Assembly: GCA_963796275.1 (NCBI GenBank)
Contig: CAWCKY010000006.1
Span: 2,688,001-2,752,000, forward strand
Source of the DNA: an uncultured Acidobacteriota bacterium
Lineage (GTDB): Bacteria; Acidobacteriota; Blastocatellia; RBC074
Reading direction: 5' to 3'
Length of the DNA: 64,000 nt
Shown in pieces: positions 42,392-51,882 of the stretch; within the stretch, counting starts at the first letter, position 1, and every line of letters starts with the position of its first letter. A program made the translations under genes and the position numbers. The notes beneath the pieces were generated by a model, which did not search any database, was not told where the DNA came from, and was given only the letters and a program-made list of their open reading frames with translations.

Positions 42392-43203
42392 CGAGTGTTG
42401 GGATCGTCGTGCGAGCCGGCGCTTTAACAATGCCGCTCGCATGACGACCGCGCGGCCCTGATGCCTCCGGCCGCGTCAAGGTCGATGCGCCTTCGTCGAT
42501 GCACGCGGTTCCGGACTCTTTGAAATGAGACCAACGATCTCCAACCCACCAAAAAGCTCGTTCTCTGATCTTTCCGAGGACCTGTCCAATTGCGCGAGCG
42601 TCGAAATCTGCAGTCAAAAGTTCGGGCAGGTTCTGGATATAATCACGCAATTTCTTGATCTAACCTGATCGACGGCAATACCAACTGCTATCCTGCCCAG
42701 AAACAGGGCAAAGACTGCTGCACCTCCCGCTTCAGCCAACACTCTGGCACCTACTATGGCCGACCGAGAATCGTCAAACCTGTGCTCAGCAACTCCTCGT
42801 TATCCGCTATCCGGCTCCTCCCAATTCCACAATCACTAATACGCCTGCGTGGCTCTTCACCGAATCTGAGTTCGCCACGGTTTAAACCCAATAACAGTGA
42901 AAGATATGACGATGTTCAGCAAACGATGCGGCGATTTACACATAATTACGATATGTGCATACTAAACTATCCGTTTCGCAATCCTATTCGTTCGCGCTTT
43001 TTGCTGATAACAACGATGACTACGATTGCTTACGTGCAAGGAGAAACAATTATGGGAATCCGAATCGACTGTGCGATCTGGGAGGCTGAGAGCGAAAGTC
43101 TCGAATTGATCGATCTGACTATTGGCATCTCACCAGGGGACAGCGGATTGTGCAATGCGCATGACAGACTCTCTATCGCTGCACATCCGTGTGGGGAGAC
43201 GAA

Positions 43204-43449
43204 TCATTGCTGCAGAATTTTCTCCATCGTTTTTCCTTTTGCGAGCTCATCAATCAGCTTGTCTAAATAGCGAATTTATTGCATCAGCGGATCTTCGATT
43301 TCTTCTACGCGCACACCGCACACTACGCCCTTGATAAGCGCACTTTCGTATGAATTCCTGGTGCTTGAGCAAAAAAGGTTTCAATATCGTTTTCCTGTTC
43401 GATCTGCTGCTGTAATCCCGTTTGGTCGTAGCCAGCAAATGATTTGATC
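43204..43449 (-). pseudogene. DUF2200 family remnant
   Basis: [74 protein letters not shown]. Indels plus an in-frame stop; N-terminus missing. Confidence 0.75.
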
Positions 43450-43671
43450 ATGAATTCTACCGCGTTGTGAGTATCTAGTATTGGACACCGATGTTTGTTT
43501 TTACCGTCATGCTGCCGGTCGTCACTACAGATTATACAGAATGCATTCTATTCCGAGATATAAGCACAACCTCCGTTCGGCTGTGGGTCGTCCCCATAAG
43601 TGGATAAGGGCGTGATCCCCTTTCTCGCAATTAATCCTTTCACGATACGGGCGCACGTCAGTATACGAGAC

Positions 43672-44859
43672 TTAATCGTTGTCTATTAACCCATTGTCGA
43701 TGCAGGCAGCCTTGTATTCCTGCCAATCGTCAGATCGCTGCAACCGGTAGCGCGCGCCCGCATACTGAGCTGAGCGGTGCGCAGCCTCGGCAAAGACCTG
43801 CGCATCTAATATCTCGTTTTGCGTCACAGCGAAGGGGGCGCCGCTTTCGATGTCCTCACGGAACTGTTGGTGGGCGCGACGATAAGCAATATCAAACCGA
43901 GGAAGAAACTCCGGGTATTTCCCCTTCAGATATGTCATCTCAAAGGTTTTGGACTCGGGGTGCAATTTGCCATCAGGTTGCCAAACCTCAACGTGGATGG
44001 GGCCTGGATACCCGGCAAAACGACCCGTATGGATAGTGCCTTTGGTGCCAATAATGTAGGTTTCATTGTTATAGCCAGAGGAATGTGTCCGACTGAGGTC
44101 AAGACGCCCTAACACACCCGACTGTGTCGTGAAAGTAACGAATGCCGTGTCGCCACCTTCGTCAATCGGGCTGGTGTATGACCGAGTGTGATGCACGCTC
44201 GCCCAAACCACGTTAGGGAATTCGTTCATGAGGAAGATTGCTTCGTCAGCGACATGAATCCCCATGTCAATAATCAATCCTCTGCTGCTGTAGGTTGGCG
44301 GTGGAGGAAATTGGTCGCGGATTATGCAGCGGATTTCACGCAGTTCGCCAACCATACCAGATTGGATTAGTTTCCGGGTGTAGAGCAATGCCGGGTCATA
44401 TCGTCGCTGCAAACCAATTTGAATTTGATGTGGATCGCGTCCAATTGCCGCTACAAACTCGAAGGCCTCCTGCAACCCATCCGTCAAGGGCTTTTCCAGA
44501 TATATCGGTATCTTCGCTTCGACAAACGGCAGGGCGTCTTTGGCGTGATTCTTTGTGTTTGATGCAATGATGATGGCATCTATGGCGCCGTTCATCTCAT
44601 GAGCCATATGGGCTGGATCATGAAACGTTTTCACTACACCAACATTAAGTTCATCCTGAGCGGCTACCACCGCAGCTTGTACATCGTCGCCGATTGCTAC
44701 AATTTGATGTCCTTGGTCCTGAACGATGAACGCATGCGACTTGCCAATGCGCCCGATGCCATACACACCGTATCTGAATGTCTTGCCCACAATAACTCTC
44801 CTGCTGCTTGCTATTTTGGAGGCCCCGTGTTGTTTTTGAGGATGAATGTTTCGGGTCAT
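43672..44859 (-). CDS. Gfo/Idh/MocA oxidoreductase (inositol 2-dehydrogenase-like)
   Basis: GIGRIG, EKP, GLQRRYDP and DMGIH motifs. Confidence 0.88.
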   Translation of the reverse strand: MTRNIHPQKQHGASKIASSRRVIVGKTFRYGVYGIGRIGKSHAFIVQDQGHQIVAIGDDVQAAVVAAQDELNVGVVKTFHDPAHMAHEMNGAIDAIIIASNTKNHAKDALPFVEAKIPIYLEKPLTDGLQEAFEFVAAIGRDPHQIQIGLQRRYDPALLYTRKLIQSGMVGELREIRCIIRDQFPPPPTYSSRGLIIDMGIHVADEAIFLMNEFPNVVWASVHHTRSYTSPIDEGGDTAFVTFTTQSGVLGRLDLSRTHSSGYNNETYIIGTKGTIHTGRFAGYPGPIHVEVWQPDGKLHPESKTFEMTYLKGKYPEFLPRFDIAYRRAHQQFREDIESGAPFAVTQNEILDAQVFAEAAHRSAQYAGARYRLQRSDDWQEYKAACIDNGLIDND

Positions 44860-45203
44860 CGTTAACGCCGAATCCGGCGCGACCCGGATTTAGTATTCAC
44901 GATCACCGTAATTTGCAATTTGATAAGAGCGAGGTCACGCCAGGTCCGGTTGCTGCAAGCACACAGAGTCTTTGCTGCTAGCAACGTCGGGGCCAGGCGT
45001 TTCTTCAAGTCAGCCGCTCCCTTCTCATTTGGAATTTCGGAGACGAACATAGAGCGTGGAGCAATAGTAATCAAACCCGAGATCGCGCGCGAGCAATCGG
45101 GGACGGGATGTCGTCGCGTCAAACAAGCTCACCAAAGGCTTACTGACACGCTGACAAAGTTAGCCGCCACTTTATTCGGCTGCTGGTTCTTAACAAAACA
45201 GCT

Positions 45204-45911
45204 TCAATCCTTCTTTCGGGCGCGAACGCAGAGAAACCACGGATTTCTGGTGAGGCGCTCGTATCCCTCTGAATCCACCCGCCGAAATTCCTCGGTAGGC
45301 TGGGGTTCCAATAACCGTTCGATGAAGAAGCCCGCTGAGTCCAGGTCTTGACTGATGGCTGCCAGTGGGCGGCGATAGAAACTCACCTTCCCGATCTCCC
45401 ATTCATCCTCCAATAACTCCAGGGCGAAGTAATCCTCCTTGTTGAAAAGCTTCCAATCCATGAAGGGATGGTGAGTGGAGAAGACCAGCGTTCCGCGCGG
45501 TTTCAAAATGCGGTGGAATTCACGCAATACCGGCTGCCAATCTCTGAGGTAATGCAATACAAGTGCGCTGAGCGCTACGTCGAACTCCGCATCCCCTGCA
45601 AAGTCCAACGGATACGCCAGGTCGGCTTGCAGCACGCGCGCTTTCTCGCCCACGCGCGACCGGGTAAGGGCCACAAATTCCGAATTGAGGTCGAAGGAGG
45701 TGACCGTCGCCCCCCGATTGAGCAGGTATTCGGCATACCAGCCAGAGCCACAGCCAGCATCCAAAACTTTGACGTTTGTCAAATGTGGGAGCAGAGATAT
45801 GACGGCTGGGCGTTCGTAGTAGGCGTTCCACGGTTTGGTGTCGACTGTTTCGGCATACTTGCTGGCTATGCCGTCGTAGCTTGCTCCTGTGTGTTGGGTC
45901 ATAGGTTCCAT
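45204..45911 (-). CDS. Class I SAM-dependent methyltransferase
   Basis: NAYYERPA, VLDAGCGSG, LVLHY and RILKPRGTLVFSTHHP motifs. Confidence 0.92.
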   Translation of the reverse strand: MEPMTQHTGASYDGIASKYAETVDTKPWNAYYERPAVISLLPHLTNVKVLDAGCGSGWYAEYLLNRGATVTSFDLNSEFVALTRSRVGEKARVLQADLAYPLDFAGDAEFDVALSALVLHYLRDWQPVLREFHRILKPRGTLVFSTHHPFMDWKLFNKEDYFALELLEDEWEIGKVSFYRRPLAAISQDLDSAGFFIERLLEPQPTEEFRRVDSEGYERLTRNPWFLCVRARKKD

Positions 45912-46000
45912 CTCGATTCCTTGTCATCTCTCAGAGCGGAGAGCAGCGACGTTCCCTTGCTGCTGCTCCACGAATGCAGACTTCTTTCTCAATCCTCTCA

Positions 46001-46124
46001 TCAGAACCCTTCGCTTCACGGCCCGCGCTACTGCGGAGAATATCATATTATTTTGGGGTTATTTGCTGACTGGGCAGCGGCTCAGACCGCCACCAGCCGC
46101 TGTCGGCTGCAATCCTTGCTAGAA
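46001..46124 (-). mobile_element. Degenerate, split attC-like site
   Basis: Minus strand left half TTCTAGCAAGGATTGCAGCCGACAGCGGCT...AGCCGCTG and right half GTGAAGCGAAGGGTTCTGA. The right half has the same TGAA-N7-GTT geometry as the intact attC. Confidence 0.45.
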
Positions 46125-46147
46125 CCGGGCTCGTTGGAAAGAGACGT

Positions 46148-47683
46148 TCACCGAACTTTGCAGACGAAGTTTGCCGCGTCGTTCGTGCTGCCGACTCCGG
46201 TGTACTGCGCGACTTGCGGATAGGGACAGACCGGCCGTGTCATGTTTACGCGGTTGTTGCTGACTCGTGACGCGATCAACCGATCGGGTGCGATTCCGGA
46301 TTCGCGCCAACGCTCCATCGCAGCCATCCAGTTCACCTGGTTCGGGCCCGGCCCACCCCCGCAATGCGCCATACCAGGCACCATGAAGAGTTGCAGCCAA
46401 TCCTCTTGCTTCGGCCCCATCCGTGCCAACACGCTCGAGTAATAGTTGACGCTGTTCTGCGGCGAGATCGCCCCACCCGAGCCGCCATCATTCCAACCGT
46501 GGTAGATGAGAAGTTTTCCACCGCGAGCTCGAAAGCCCGAAATATCCGCATTCACGGCGTCAATGAAGCCCGCTTTCTTGTCGATCAGGGAGGTGTCGCG
46601 ATCCAGGTCGAACGTGCGCCAGTCCCACGCCGGGTCTTCGTGGGCCACGTGCCTGAACATGCCCACGTCGATCCCTCCAGGTTCCGTGCTGGCGGCTGTC
46701 AGCATGGCCCACTCCATCTCGCCTCCTGGCACTAACCCGGGGTATATCAACTCCCCCGTCTTTCGCCTGGCGGGGGCGTAGCCCATCTTCACGGCTTCTA
46801 CCTGTGGCGCCGTCAGGCAATCGTCCCTGTCGACCCCGCGGCACAGGAGTGATGCGGGATCAAAACGGCATTGGTATGGATCCGTCAGGAGCCCGTCCGT
46901 CACTCCGTCGAGTGCGTCGCACGCGGCGAGCACAGCCCTATTGACGAGGGCGAGTTTTTCGCGCGGGACAACACTCGCCGGTGCCTGGAGGATCTTCGCC
47001 TCCACCGCGATCCGCCAGGCGCACAACTGCGTCTGATTGTTTGCAGGAGCGCCGGCGACAATCCCATCGAAGTCATCCGGATAGCGCTGAGCCGCCATCA
47101 AGCCCTGTCGCCCGCCTGTGGAGCAACCCGTCCAGTACGAGAATCGTGGCGCGCGACCATAGAAGGCCGCGATAACGGCCTTCGATTTCACCGCCATCTC
47201 GTGGACGGCACGATACGCGAAATCAATGACCTTTTCCGGATGTCCGATCGCGAACGACGCAGTACCACCGACGTGTCCAGTGTCCGTCGATGCCGTCGCG
47301 TAGCCTTCCTGCAGCGCGGAGGCTAGCGCGCCATAGCTGATCGTTCCCGCCCAGCCGCCGTTGCCGACCGCCTGGAACTTGCCGTTCCACGACGCGGCCG
47401 GCAGCCAGACTTCAATCTTGATGTCAGAGTCCGAAGAAGGCGTAAGCGTGGCCGCCACACGGCAAAATGCCGGCAGTTGGCTGAATTGCTGCACCGCCGC
47501 CGGGCCGGTGCCAGGCAGACTGAATCCTCCGGCGGGCACCATCTGCGCCAAGGTAATCGAAGTGTTCGGGAGCGCCATGGACGACAAGCTCTCGCACGAC
47601 GCCGCGTCGTTGAACGCGTTTCCGTCCACCATGAGTATCAGCGCGAGGAGAACCGCGCACGATCCGCCAGTTACTCTTTTCAT
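46148..47683 (-). CDS. Tannase/feruloyl esterase family hydrolase, secreted
   Basis: WNGKFQAVGNGG, TDTGH, GCSTGG, YHGWND, PGMAHCGGG (CS-D-HC) and RPVCPYP motifs. Confidence 0.93.
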   Translation of the reverse strand: MKRVTGGSCAVLLALILMVDGNAFNDAASCESLSSMALPNTSITLAQMVPAGGFSLPGTGPAAVQQFSQLPAFCRVAATLTPSSDSDIKIEVWLPAASWNGKFQAVGNGGWAGTISYGALASALQEGYATASTDTGHVGGTASFAIGHPEKVIDFAYRAVHEMAVKSKAVIAAFYGRAPRFSYWTGCSTGGRQGLMAAQRYPDDFDGIVAGAPANNQTQLCAWRIAVEAKILQAPASVVPREKLALVNRAVLAACDALDGVTDGLLTDPYQCRFDPASLLCRGVDRDDCLTAPQVEAVKMGYAPARRKTGELIYPGLVPGGEMEWAMLTAASTEPGGIDVGMFRHVAHEDPAWDWRTFDLDRDTSLIDKKAGFIDAVNADISGFRARGGKLLIYHGWNDGGSGGAISPQNSVNYYSSVLARMGPKQEDWLQLFMVPGMAHCGGGPGPNQVNWMAAMERWRESGIAPDRLIASRVSNNRVNMTRPVCPYPQVAQYTGVGSTNDAANFVCKVR

Positions 47684-47757
47684 CGCACGTCCTCCGAAGT
47701 TCTTACGCGAAGGCAACCGTAACGATTCCGTCGCGCGCGAGTTTCTGTTCTGTTGCC

Positions 47758-47817
47758 GTCTAACGCTCCGGTTCAGCGGCGGTGCAGAGCGTCGTCCGCT
47801 GCAACCGGTTGTTAGAT
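47758..47817 (-). mobile_element. Integron attC site (60 bp)
   Basis: Minus strand ATCTAAC AACCGGTTGCAGCGGACGACGCTCTGCACCGCCGCTGAACCGGAGC GTTAGAC. RYYYAAC...GTTRRRY ends, imperfect palindrome with extrahelical bases, 22 nt after the stop of the 47840 gene. Confidence 0.85.
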
Positions 47818-47839
47818 GACTTGGTTGGGGATGGAGTAC

Positions 47840-48397
47840 TCACGCCATCTTGTCGGTCTGATAACGAAGAATGATGCAGCCGGTCGATAATGGACGCGCT
47901 TCAAGCAACTGCAGTCTTTGTAATTTCACTTCGTCACTGAACAGAGGCCTGCCTCTGCCATGTATGACCGGTGCAATTCCCAGACGATACTCATCAAAGA
48001 GGTTCTCATTCATCAGGGTCTTCGAGAGGTTGGCGCTGCCGAAAACGAACATGCTGCCGTCGCCCTGTTGTTTCAGTCTCCCCATTTCCTCTGCCACGTT
48101 GTCCTTCACTAGGGTCGTCTTGTTCCAGCTTGCCGTCTGCAGAGTGCGCGAACACACCACCTTCGGCAGGCTGTTCATATAATCGGCCACTGCGCCCTCG
48201 GCGGTCTGCCAATATGCAGCCATGCCCTCATAAGTCACGCGCCCGAACACAAGCAAGTCGCTCGACCGCAACTGCTCGAGGGAGAATTGCCTGAGTTCCT
48301 CGCCCCAAACCGTTTCGTGCCAGGGCAAATCCCAGTTCTTCTCGCCCTCGAAGTAACCATCGAGGGTGATGAGATTCCACATGATCAGCTTTCGCAT
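47840..48397 (-). CDS. Dihydrofolate reductase/RibD C-terminal family protein (gene-cassette-like)
   Basis: MRKLI...TLDGY, FGRVTY, SRTL, FGSANL and DEYRL..APVI.GRG.PLF motifs. Confidence 0.9.
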   Translation of the reverse strand: MRKLIMWNLITLDGYFEGEKNWDLPWHETVWGEELRQFSLEQLRSSDLLVFGRVTYEGMAAYWQTAEGAVADYMNSLPKVVCSRTLQTASWNKTTLVKDNVAEEMGRLKQQGDGSMFVFGSANLSKTLMNENLFDEYRLGIAPVIHGRGRPLFSDEVKLQRLQLLEARPLSTGCIILRYQTDKMA

Positions 48398-48560
48398 AGT
48401 ACGATCTCCTTTGTGTTTCGCTCGTCGTTGAGTTCATCTCACCTCCTCGATCAGTGCTATGGTTTCCAGCTCTGCTCAATGGATTCTGGATACTCTTCTC
48501 GTCACATCTCGGAAACACGGACTTTCCGTACGAACAGTTGCCGACATGCAATCTCTCCCT

Positions 48561-50990
48561 TCAATGATCTGACTCAACGATCTTTATTACTCGATCAACG
48601 GACACTTCGCTTATCCGTTGGATACTACCTCCCGGCCAGCGGATTTCGAGCAATTTGATGGAAGACTCCCGGCCCAGACCAAAATGTACGCGGTTATCGC
48701 TGGATGAAGAATACCCTACACTGGTCGTGACATGATTGAATTGCGTTCGGCCCTCAGCCGAGACCAGTCTGATCATCGCTCCGATGCTGTCACGATTTCC
48801 GCGCTTGCCGACCAACTGCAGCGACAACCAGTGGTGAGTTGCGGCGGTCCCCGGTGCGAGCGCCGATTCGTTGAGCAATAACTCAGCTGGTTCATTGAGA
48901 GAAGTCGTTACGACATCGATCAGGCCATCGTGATTGAAATCGGAGAACGCGCAACCGCGACGCGCTTGCCTGTACTGGAAACTTGCGCCCGCTAGGGCTG
49001 AGAGGTCGGTGAACATTCCCTTACCAATGTTGGCGAAGACGCCTAGCGGCTGGCGATAAGCTTGGCCGTTCAGTTTTTCTATCTGGTCGTTGACGTGGGC
49101 GTTGACGGTCAACAGGTCTTTGAAACCGTCATTGTTGAAATCGAAGAGCCCCAGCCCCCAGCCGCTGCGTTTGATCGTGGCCGAACCCAGTCCGCTCGCC
49201 CACGTTTCATCGAGAAAGAATCCCTTGCTAGCGTTGCGGAAGAGCGGAAAGGTTTCGCCTTCCAGTGCCGAGACGATCAGGTCGGGCTGCCCGTCATTAT
49301 CGTAATCGCGGAAATCCACACCCATGCCAGACACGGGGCGCCCTCTATCGTTGAAGGCCACGCCGGCCCGCAGCGCAACTTCCTCGAAACCGCCACGCCC
49401 GTTATTGTGAAAGAGAAAATTGGGCAGCGTGTCGTTCGCCACGAAGATATCGATGAATCCGTCGTTGTCGTAATCGGCGATCGCAACGCCCATGCCTTTC
49501 CCGATTTGCGCGGCGATGCCACTCGGCTCTGAAACATCCGTGAACGTGCCGTCGCCGTTGTTGCGAAACAGTTGGTTGGGGAGGCCGTCGTAGCGGTCGG
49601 GGTGGCAGTACGTACGCAGATCCTTGCCCGGATCGCCGCAAACGGGGTCGATTCCGTGCCGCCAATTTACGTAATTAACTACGAATAGATCGAGCTGGCC
49701 GTCGTTGTCGTAATCGAGCCAGGCCGCGGCCACCGACCAGCGGCGTTCTCCACCCGCCAGGCGCGCCCGTGCGGTGACATCACTGAAGCGGCCGTCGCCT
49801 TCGTTGCGAAATAAAATGTTTTGATTGACGCCGGTAACGAACATGTCCTGATCGCCATCGTTGTCGTAATCGGCAGCGGCCACGCCCATAGCATAGCCTT
49901 CACCAGCGACTTTCGCCTCAGTCGTCACATCGGTGAATGTCCCGTCGCCATTGTTGCGAAAGAGCCGGTTCCAATATTCGGGGGATGTTTTTCGCAGCGC
50001 GGGTAGAGCCGCGCCATTGACGAAGTAAATATCAGTGTGGCCGTCGTTGTTGTAATCGAAGGCGGCCACGCCACCGGTCATCGTCTCGACCAGATATTTC
50101 TGGGGCGAGGCAGCGTTGCGCAGCGTAAAGTTGATACCGGCCCTGGCGGCGACGTTGCGAAACCGAATCGGCGAGACTGTTTTCGCCGGCTGTCCTGACC
50201 GGGCGCGTGTATTGCCGGCACCCGCTCCAGATATCAGCCGTTCGAGATGAGTGCGCGCCAGCGGATTGCCGTCCAGCACGAGGGCATGCCGGTACTCTTC
50301 CTCGGCTTCAGCTGATCTCCCGAGTTGTTCCAGCGTTCGTCCGCGCGCAACCCGCAATTCGCTTGCACGCGGTTCGATCTTCTCCGCTCGGGTCAGCAAT
50401 TCAAGCGCTTCCGCGAACTTTCCCAACCGTCCGAGCAGATTACCTGCCTGCTGCAGCGGAAACGCTTTTTCACGGCCCTCCCGCCGGTTCAATGCGATCG
50501 CGCGCTGATAACTTGCCAGCGCGCCAGCATTATCCCCCGCCGCTTCAATAATCAGGCCCAAATGAGCGTGCGCGTCGGCGTAATCCGGCCTCCATTTCAG
50601 CGCTTGTCGCACCGATTGCTCTGCTGCTTTCAAGGAGTTGCGCTGGTATTGGGCGCGCGCCAGGTAAAACCACAGAACTGGTTCTTCGGGAAACTGTCGC
50701 AGCGCCAGAGAGAATTCGGCTTCGGCGTCGGAAGTTCGTCCGGCAAGCTGAAATGCCATCCCGGCCAGTTTCCAGGCGAGTAATATTTGTGGATCGATCT
50801 CTCTGGCTCGGCGCGCCGCGGCGGCGGCTTCATCATATCTGCCTTGTTCGAATAGCTCCGCAGCCTGGCGAAAAACTTGGGAGGCGTCTTTCTGGACCGC
50901 GCGCGTCTGCGAAAGCCCATGCTCGATCTGGCAGACCACCAGGAGGCAGCCCGCCAACGTGATGGTGATGGCGGCGGATGTGCGGATCAC
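48561..50990 (-). CDS. TPR + FG-GAP + ASPIC/UnbV (CRTAC1-like) protein
   Basis: TPR repeats, repeated DYDNDG, FRNNGDGTFTDV, and C-terminal RVHFGLG...EIRWP. Confidence 0.9.
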   Translation of the reverse strand: MIRTSAAITITLAGCLLVVCQIEHGLSQTRAVQKDASQVFRQAAELFEQGRYDEAAAAARRAREIDPQILLAWKLAGMAFQLAGRTSDAEAEFSLALRQFPEEPVLWFYLARAQYQRNSLKAAEQSVRQALKWRPDYADAHAHLGLIIEAAGDNAGALASYQRAIALNRREGREKAFPLQQAGNLLGRLGKFAEALELLTRAEKIEPRASELRVARGRTLEQLGRSAEAEEEYRHALVLDGNPLARTHLERLISGAGAGNTRARSGQPAKTVSPIRFRNVAARAGINFTLRNAASPQKYLVETMTGGVAAFDYNNDGHTDIYFVNGAALPALRKTSPEYWNRLFRNNGDGTFTDVTTEAKVAGEGYAMGVAAADYDNDGDQDMFVTGVNQNILFRNEGDGRFSDVTARARLAGGERRWSVAAAWLDYDNDGQLDLFVVNYVNWRHGIDPVCGDPGKDLRTYCHPDRYDGLPNQLFRNNGDGTFTDVSEPSGIAAQIGKGMGVAIADYDNDGFIDIFVANDTLPNFLFHNNGRGGFEEVALRAGVAFNDRGRPVSGMGVDFRDYDNDGQPDLIVSALEGETFPLFRNASKGFFLDETWASGLGSATIKRSGWGLGLFDFNNDGFKDLLTVNAHVNDQIEKLNGQAYRQPLGVFANIGKGMFTDLSALAGASFQYRQARRGCAFSDFNHDGLIDVVTTSLNEPAELLLNESALAPGTAATHHWLSLQLVGKRGNRDSIGAMIRLVSAEGRTQFNHVTTSVGYSSSSDNRVHFGLGRESSIKLLEIRWPGGSIQRISEVSVDRVIKIVESDH

Positions 50991-51609
50991 TTGAGTTAAT
51001 GAACATGCGACTGGAATTACAGCCGCAGTCTACTTGCCGGTTTATCCGGTCCGATTTTCCTTTACGCTCGTGACCCGCGCGAAATGCGGGTTGAGCACGT
51101 CTGGTTCAATCCCACCAAAAGATGGCCATTGAAGGCATTGAAGAATTTTACCCGGAACTCTGCCTTCATGCCATCACTCACCTACAAAGCTTTGCCATTG
51201 ATTTTAGCCTTTTTTAGCAAGATCACGGTTTTACTTTCTCCCGCCACCAACCGTCAATGCACGGCAGCACGCCGCGCCGCTCTTAGTTTCCTGTTCAATG
51301 GTCGCCATCGCTTCATTGACGGCTTTGCCGAGATTGCCACCTTCGGGCAGATTGAGCAGGGGGAAGGGAATCGTGCAATGTCCGGCAGGTAGATCACACC
51401 TTGCGCTTAATAGGCTGTTTTGCGGACGGTGCGTCGGCTGCAGACACCTTTATTGGTTGTTTTGCTGTGCGTCCACATATCGCTTTTCCGCAAAACGGAG
51501 AAGATCAAAACCGAGCTCAGGCGCGGCGTATGCGGAAGGAACCGGTAGTGGCAGGAGAGATTATTGGCAACTAGCTAAACTAACTGAGTAACTGAATGTT
51601 GCATCAAGC

Positions 51610-51704
51610 AAAAATCTAAACGAAACGGGTATCTCCCTGTTGACTCACCTAAAAATCTATCTGAAATAAGTATCTCTTGCACTTCTTACAAATCTGTGTA
51701 CACT
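51610..51704 (+). promoter_or_regulatory. Direct-repeat operator pair (41-bp period) and sigma70-like promoter upstream of the TonB receptor
   Basis: AAAAATCTA-N3-GAAA-N3-GTATCTC at 51610 and 51651; TTGCAC-N16-TACACT at 51677-51704. Confidence 0.5.
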
Positions 51705-51882
51705 GCTCGAAACTAACCAATCAAACCTAAATAGCACCAGCAGAGAAGGAAGGGTTGTTTCGCCGTGACTCGCAAACGCTGAAGGAAAGCGGCGAAAGCA
51801 CATTGGGCCGTGGTTCGCGCTGAATAGCGATGTAGGGGGGCTTCATCTATGACATGTACTGACATGTTTCCGCAGTGGTGTA

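Noticed and set aside
43052-43270. ORF with AGGAG RBS faintly like a Zn-alcohol dehydrogenase N-terminus
   Set aside because: Similarity too weak, and it runs antisense into the DUF2200 remnant.
44860-45200. attC-like motifs (GGCTAAC, GGCGTTAAC) flanking the methyltransferase and oxidoreductase
   Set aside because: No complementary R and L boxes forming an attC palindrome.
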